This document shows positions 51,747-57,610 of a stretch of DNA of 57,610 bases, piece after piece. Both the position numbers and the translations under genes were made by a program. The stretch comes from Catajapyx aquilonaris (Eukaryota): positions 1 to 57,610 of the forward strand of contig JYFJ02002395.1 in assembly GCA_000934665.2 (NCBI GenBank), given 5' to 3'. The notes below the pieces were generated by a model. That model was not told the origin of the DNA and made no database searches. It saw only the letters and a program-made list of their open reading frames with translations. Positions within the stretch are counted from its first letter, which is position 1, and each line of letters begins with the position of its first letter.

Positions 51747-51974
51747 GGCTCTTGAGGGTTTTGTGTTAGGGCTTAGGGGGAAGGCCAAGGCAAGGCCAGC
51801 CAGGCAGGGTCTGTGTCAGCGTGTGTCGTGTGGGGAGGGTGGTCCAATCATAGGCGGGCAGTGAGAGAGAGGGGCTCCGGCCTAGATAAGCGGCCGTCTG
51901 CTGCTCCACTGGGTAGTAGTTGGGGGGACACAGCTGGTGCCCCACTTTGCCCACTGGAGACGGAGGACTGCTTG
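51747..51974. promoter_or_regulatory. Compact bidirectional promoter between APIP and AMDHD2
   Basis: Divergent ATGs at 51746 (-) and 51975 (+). GC-rich interval with CCAAT at 51844-51848 and adjacent GC-box-like AGGCGGGC at 51852-51859. Confidence 0.6.
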
Positions 51975-54900
51975 ATGGAGGAGGAGGACCCACGGGACAC
52001 AAAGGTTTGATGATGAACCATTCTTTGGTGACAATTATTTCTGGGGCCTAAATGTGTACGGTAGGGTACGGTAATTCAAGTAGAATTAAAGTGTGTGGAA
52101 ATTTTGGCCGCTTGGCGCCGCTTTTACCCGCTCATTTCCCGTATCTTGCGTATACGGTAGTGTGTGCCCACTATTTTAATTACGGTATGAAAATTTCGCG
52201 TTTATTTTCGTTGTCATTGTTTATTAATTTCGGCATTAACTTCATCCGTTAATTTGATTTCATTTTTAATATTTATCTAATATGTTATTATTAAATTAAT
52301 TTAATTTAATTCTGCAATGTGAATTTTCTTTATTTCATTAATTAACTTATTTCTTTTTTAACGTATTAATTAACTACTTTTATTACCTTATTAATGAACT
52401 TATTTTTATTAGCTTATTTATTAACTTTTCAACATGTGAACATATTTATTTTATTAATCAACTTAGTTTGAATTTGAATGGCAATAGATCTGCTGCCAAT
52501 ATCGGCCCAATATCGGCTTCAGACTGGCTAGATATATAGGCCAATATTGCCCCAGATTCAAGATATTGGGCCAACATTCGTCCAATATTGGCCCAACTTT
52601 TAATTTTATTCGCTTATCAATTAATTCACATATGAATTTTATTAGCTTATCGATTCACATATTTATTTTATTTATTTTATTAAACATCTGCTGTGCCACT
52701 GACCAGTCAGTAGCCTGCCACATAGTTGTTAATGCGCCACATATTGTAAAGTACCGGTACTATATTATTTTAATGATACAATTGCAAGGTACAATTTCAA
52801 TGATTAAATATCATATTGATTATATTTAATCTCTGTGGGCTTATTGGAATGAAGACATATTCTATAGCTCTATACAAATAGATGGTGAAAAATCATGTAA
52901 GTAACGTGAGTCATGTGCTAATGACACACCGTAACAAATTGGGTTAAAAAAATATTTTGCAGGACACTCACTCAATTTTGCATTTTTGTGTGAGTGAGAG
53001 AATTGGACAATCAATATTTTGATATGACCTGATTGCATGGGAGTTATGTAATCACACTGATTAGATTTGATAAGTAGTCTGGTTACGAGGTCATGCACTG
53101 TGTCAGTACAAACGAGAGAATGTCGAAATAATATTTTGTCTCAATAAAAGGTTCATCAAATGTATATGCACAGTGCACTGTATATAATTTAATCAAAATT
53201 AATTCAGCGATTTCAACCTATGCAATAAAATACTGGTATGTAAAATAATATTTATATCTGTCGGTAAATAGTTGGCCAAGTGTATGTACAGTGCAGAGTA
53301 TTTTAAACCAAAATTAATCCATCCTATATTCAATATAATTATGTAAAATAATATTTACCTCCCAATTAAAGGTTTGCCCAAATGTATGTACAGTTCACTA
53401 TATTTTAAATCAAAATTAATTTATTCTATGCAATAAATATGTAACAAATGTCTCAATAAATTTTGCCAAATGTTCACGGTATTTTTAATCAAAATTAATT
53501 CAACCTATGCAATAAATATTATGTAAAATAATATTTATCTGTCACTAATGGCCAAATACAGTGCATCATATTTTTAATCATAATTCATTCCTACGCAATA
53601 TTTTTTCAGGACGCAATGGACGAAGTGGTACAGTTCCGCAATTGCTTCATACTTCGGGACCACGCAATAGTGAAGGAAGACCTTTGGGTGGGCAGCGGAA
53701 AAATACTGGATCCGGAGAAACTCTTCTTCGACCATAAAATCCGAGCGGACATCCAGGTGGACATGTCCGGTTGCATCTTAGCGCCTGGATTCATCGACAT
53801 CCAAATAAACGGTGCGTTTGGAGTCGACTTTTCCTACGCCGGAGATGGCCTGGACGCAGCTTTGGGGCTGGTGGCGAAGGGATTGCTTGCCCACGGTGTC
53901 ACCTCCTTCTGCCCCACGCTGGTCACATCCTCCCCTGAAACATACCATAAACTGTTGCCCCAACTGAAGCCCAGGGCAGGACCCGGGGCTCAGGTGCTAG
54001 GTGCCCACCTGGAGGGTCCCTTCATATGTCCGGACAAGAAAGGAGCCCACCAGGAACAGCACATCCATCCCCTTCCGGACGCAAACACACTGAGGAAGGT
54101 GTACGGCCACGACCTTGAAGACTGCGGGGTCAAGCTGGTCACCCTGGCTCCGGAGTTGGACGGATCGCTGGAGGCCATAAGATGCTTGAAGTCCAGGGGT
54201 ATCGCAGTGTCACTCGGACATTCAAACGCAAGGTTTACCGCTCATCATAACTAATCGCAACATGAAATTAACCAGCACTGTATAGAGCCGCTCTTTGCAT
54301 GGCCTGTTGCCACGGTTTGTTGCCATGTTAATGTTGCTATGGCATATGTTGCCATGTTAGTGTTGCTATGGCATATGTTGCCATGTTAATGTTGACAAGG
54401 TGTGTAGTGTTGCTCTTGTCATATAATAGTAATGTTGCTATGGTATGTTGCCATGTTAATGTTGCCATGTTACTGTTGCCATGGTTAATTGCCATGAATG
54501 AACAAACAAGCCAACAAACTTCGCCTTTTATACATGTAAGAAGATTTTTGAGCACTGTGTCGTGTTTTTCGTTCTCATTCCAAGCTTATAATTGTGTCCG
54601 ATGATAAGATATAAGTTGAATTCAGCGTCTGCTGATATGTTAAGTAATTTTATGGGTGTACAGTACCGGTAATGTGCATTATAATTCCAGTCTGGCTCAG
54701 GGTGAAGCGGCCATAAAATCGGGGGCCAGCCTGCTGACACACTTGTTCAACGCAATGCCTCCGTTTCATCACCGAGATCCAGGACTGGTGGGACTCTTGG
54801 CCTGCGACGTGACTCCGTCGGTGTTCTACGGGATCATCGCCGATGGGGTACACACGCATCCGGCCGCAGTCAGAATAGCCCAACGAACACATCCTGAAGT

Positions 54901-55346
54901 TTGTATATTGAGGGTATTGTGCAATTATTTGGTAATTAATTCGTTGCGTCCAATAGGGTCTGGTGTTAGTGACTGATGCTGTGAGTCCGATGGGTCTGTC
55001 TCAAGGCACCCACCACATCGGCGGACATGAAGTGGAAGTGGTTGGAACCCGTGCGGTTGTGTCTGGATCCAACACACTGTGTGGGAGCATAGCCACGATG
55101 CCCACGTCGGTCCACCTCCTCCGCAAGTTCAGCGGCACCACCACCGCAAAGGCACTGGAGGCCGCGTCCCTGAGGCCGGCCCAAGCCCTGCATCTGGACC
55201 ACGTGAAAGGCTGCCTCAATCCCGGCTGTGACGCCGACTTCGTCCAACTAGACGACGACCTCCACGTCATGTCTACCTGGATTGCCGGTAAATGCGTCTA
55301 CCGCGATCCCAGCGTACCTTCTCCAACTGTAAGACGACCCTCTTGA
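51975..55346 (+). CDS. AMDHD2: N-acetylglucosamine-6-phosphate deacetylase (AMDHD2/NagA)
   Basis: Exons 51975-52004 (putative first coding exon [10 protein letters not shown], in frame), 53610-54232, 54691-54898, 54957-55346. Alternative ATG at 53616 gives 404 aa. Motifs [88 protein letters not shown] at 55361. Confidence 0.97.
53130..53600. repeat. AT-rich minisatellite (about 5 diverged units of 80-120 bp) in AMDHD2 intron 1
   Basis: Recurrent ttttaatcaaaattaattc..cctatgcaataaa..atgtaaaataatattta..gccaaatg. Confidence 0.8.
54272..54544 (-). mobile_element. Non-autonomous Helitron in an AMDHD2 intron
   Basis: Minus strand reads A|TCTTCTTACATGTATAAAAGGCGAAGTTTG...GCTGG|T: TC start, CTRR end, AT target. 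Internal gttgccatg tandem repeats. Confidence 0.7.
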
Positions 55347-55633
55347 AAATATGCCTGCGCAATAAAAGGCCAACCAAATGCATTTATTGCTGCCTTTTCC
55401 TCACGCAACATTTATTGTTATAGCGGAACCTGATGCCACGGTAACACACTGGCACCTGAAAACCAAACTTGACACCCGCACTACTTCCTCTTCCTTTTAT
55501 ATGTATAAAGGGGAAAGTTTGCTTGTTTGTTCCATGTGTGGGTATGACATATGCATAAAATTAACTTTGTTTGCATATTTTGCCCTTTTCATCACCCACA
55601 ACAAATTACTGTAATTATTAATTTTATAATTAA

Positions 55634-55775
55634 CTAGCAGCGGAACCTGCTGATATGCCTCCGTAACCCATCGGCATGGCAAACAATCAAACAAACTTCA
55701 TTTCATACCCACTTCATACCCACACATGGAACGAGCAAACAAACAAACTTCGCCTTTTATACTTACACTAGAAGA
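55634..55775 (-). mobile_element. Non-autonomous Helitron (same family), with further fragments at about 55490-55550 (+) and 55830-55960 (-)
   Basis: Minus strand A|TCTTCTAG..TATAAAAGGCGAAGTTTGTTTG...CTAG|T, with a short GC-rich subterminal hairpin. Confidence 0.7.
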
Positions 55776-56160
55776 TATACAATACCAGGACAATACCTAT
55801 ATACTACTCTGATATTTCATATACCCGGCCAACATGGAACAAACAAGCAAACGTTGCCTTTTATACATTTAGAGACAAGCAGCGGCACCTTTTTTTTTTT
55901 TGCCCGTTGCCATGAGCCTAACCGAACAAACGAACAAACTTCCACTTATATAACGTGTAAAACTTACCCTGTACATTTTATTATTAGCAGTTTATTAGCC
56001 CCTTCTTATTCTAGCACGGCCTGTTTCCATAATTAGGCCTAATCGCCTAATTAATAATAATTATTGTTTGATGCCCTCTATGGAGACCATTATTGTCACG
56101 GAAACCTGTTGCCATGGACTGTTGCGATGGTCAAAAGTTTAAACTTTACTACCTTATGTA

Positions 56161-56231
<71 letters not shown>
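56161..56231. repeat. (TAT)n microsatellite
   Basis: Pure tat repeats. Confidence 0.98.
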
Positions 56232-56233
<2 letters not shown>

Positions 56234-57478
56234 GAGGGTGGTCAGGTGTCGCCATCTTTTTTTTTCTTTTTTTTTGTGACGTTCGATTTGCAAGAAAATG
56301 GCGTTCGAATAGAGAAGAGCAGAAGTGTCGTCCTGAAGGAATCCGGTCGTTTCCAGGTATTATTCGGGTCATCTGAGGCTGGGGATGGATCAGGAAGGAT
56401 GCTGGATGGGTCGTGGACCCACACGGAGAGGTATACCCGGTGGAGGTATACCCATCAGGGTGCGTGGTTCGAGGGGAAGGGGAAAATCAAGGATTATAGT
56501 TCACGGATTCGTTCGGGGGGGGGGAAAAATTTGTTCGAACAGTGTTATTATGGCGGCTTATTAACTCATTGAGACGATATTAAAGTTGCAATTAGGAATT
56601 ACACTTGGGCACACAGCATATTTTACTAGTATAGTTCAGAACGCTATACAGCAGTTTATATATTATATATATATATATTTGTACACTTGATGTCAATGAT
56701 TTGGCAGCCAGTATGATGGTGATAGCCGCAAAGCTTTCACGACTTAATAATGTCAGAAAACCCAAAACAAGGCGGAGGATGTTGTCAATCAGAAGAACAC
56801 TTGTATGAAACTTAGGTAGCGCTGACGTCCCAAGTGTGGTTGTTATCATTTCGAGATAACCGCATTTGAAGTTTTCACTTTCCATTGAAAAGGATATAAT
56901 ATACATGGTTTTACTATGCCCCTAACTTTGCAGCGGAGACTCGTACAGAAACGAGGTTGGTACCATTACGTGGGCCGCATAAAAGGGAGTGCAGTGGTAT
57001 GCTACATGGTTTTTGCACGTACATGGTTTTTGCTTGGGACGTCAGAGCGTCCTAACAGCTATATATTGTAACAATCCAAAAATAATGGAGAGTGATCAAG
57101 ATTGGTAATCAATCTGTTGACAACCAGCAACATGCAACAGTCAATATCTTTATGAAACATTTATGACCGTCTTTATGTGCCATGCACTCCCCATCTTGTT
57201 CGTGATTGGCATCCCAACTTAGCATCTGCCCACTACCCACTGGCCCCTGTAACCCTCGACTCTCTGGCAAAGCAGTTTTACAACGGCACATTCAAAAAAT
57301 AGGAATGGAAATGCCTGGAGTAGTTCCCTCTATGTTGAGTACAAGGTTTATAGTACGTGTTGAATTATATTACTCATTAACAATGAAATTCATCCACAAA
57401 ATCACTATTATACTACAAGGTATGTCTTGATGAAATATAGCTATATAATCTGTGCAATGCTAAATCTCAAGTGATATA

Positions 57479-57610
57479 CAGGGTGATCCAACTCTGTGGC
57501 ACCAACAGTTATGGGAAAAATCAACAAGCTGCTTGTTTATAAGCAGGTCGTTGCTAAGAGATCAATAAGAGTTACTTTCTGGAGAATCGGGAATAGCACC
57601 TGCTGATATT
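57479..57610. mobile_element. Left terminus of a Tc1/mariner-type element running off the window
   Basis: TA|CAGGGTG start, as in the other mariner-type elements here; a solo end also lies at 23239. Confidence 0.55.

Noticed and set aside
53130..53600. CRISPR-like repeat-spacer array (also considered for 52495-52600 and 54300-54500)
   Set aside because: Units are degenerate tandem repeats without unique spacers, the context is eukaryotic and there are no cas genes.
53616..54254. Bacterial nagA acquired horizontally, or a truncated 212-aa ORF
   Set aside because: The gene has GT-AG introns, splices to a full-length protein and carries eukaryotic AMDHD2 signatures ([17 protein letters not shown]).

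Overview
Eukaryotic (invertebrate, probably arthropod) genomic DNA with short GT-AG introns. It is not prokaryotic and has no CRISPR array or rRNA. The left half (about 1-30 kb) is a gene-poor transposon graveyard. It holds ancient L1/Tx1-like LINE fragments, duplicated Helitron PIF1 fragments, a young 5'-truncated LINE with a 15-bp TSD, a fold-back Tc1/mariner element, Gypsy protease pieces, MITEs and SINEs. It also holds a frameshifted BC-box/LRR pseudogene, an orphan GT11 fucosyltransferase exon and a copied piece of a neighbouring gene. The right half has five spliced genes whose frames I could join by hand: an atypical eIF4E-family gene (+), a divergent Rab34/36-like GTPase (-), a DUF229 protein (-), and APIP/mtnB (-) head-to-head with AMDHD2/nagA (+). 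The most striking item is the eIF4E paralog. It keeps the cap-binding residues, has lost the eIF4G/4E-BP-binding Trp (W73 equivalent), and has a Paip1-like PAM2 motif (LSALAPCFYP) in a long acidic N-terminal extension. This suggests a cap-binding protein that contacts poly(A)-binding protein directly. All family calls come from motif recognition by eye; no database searches were run.
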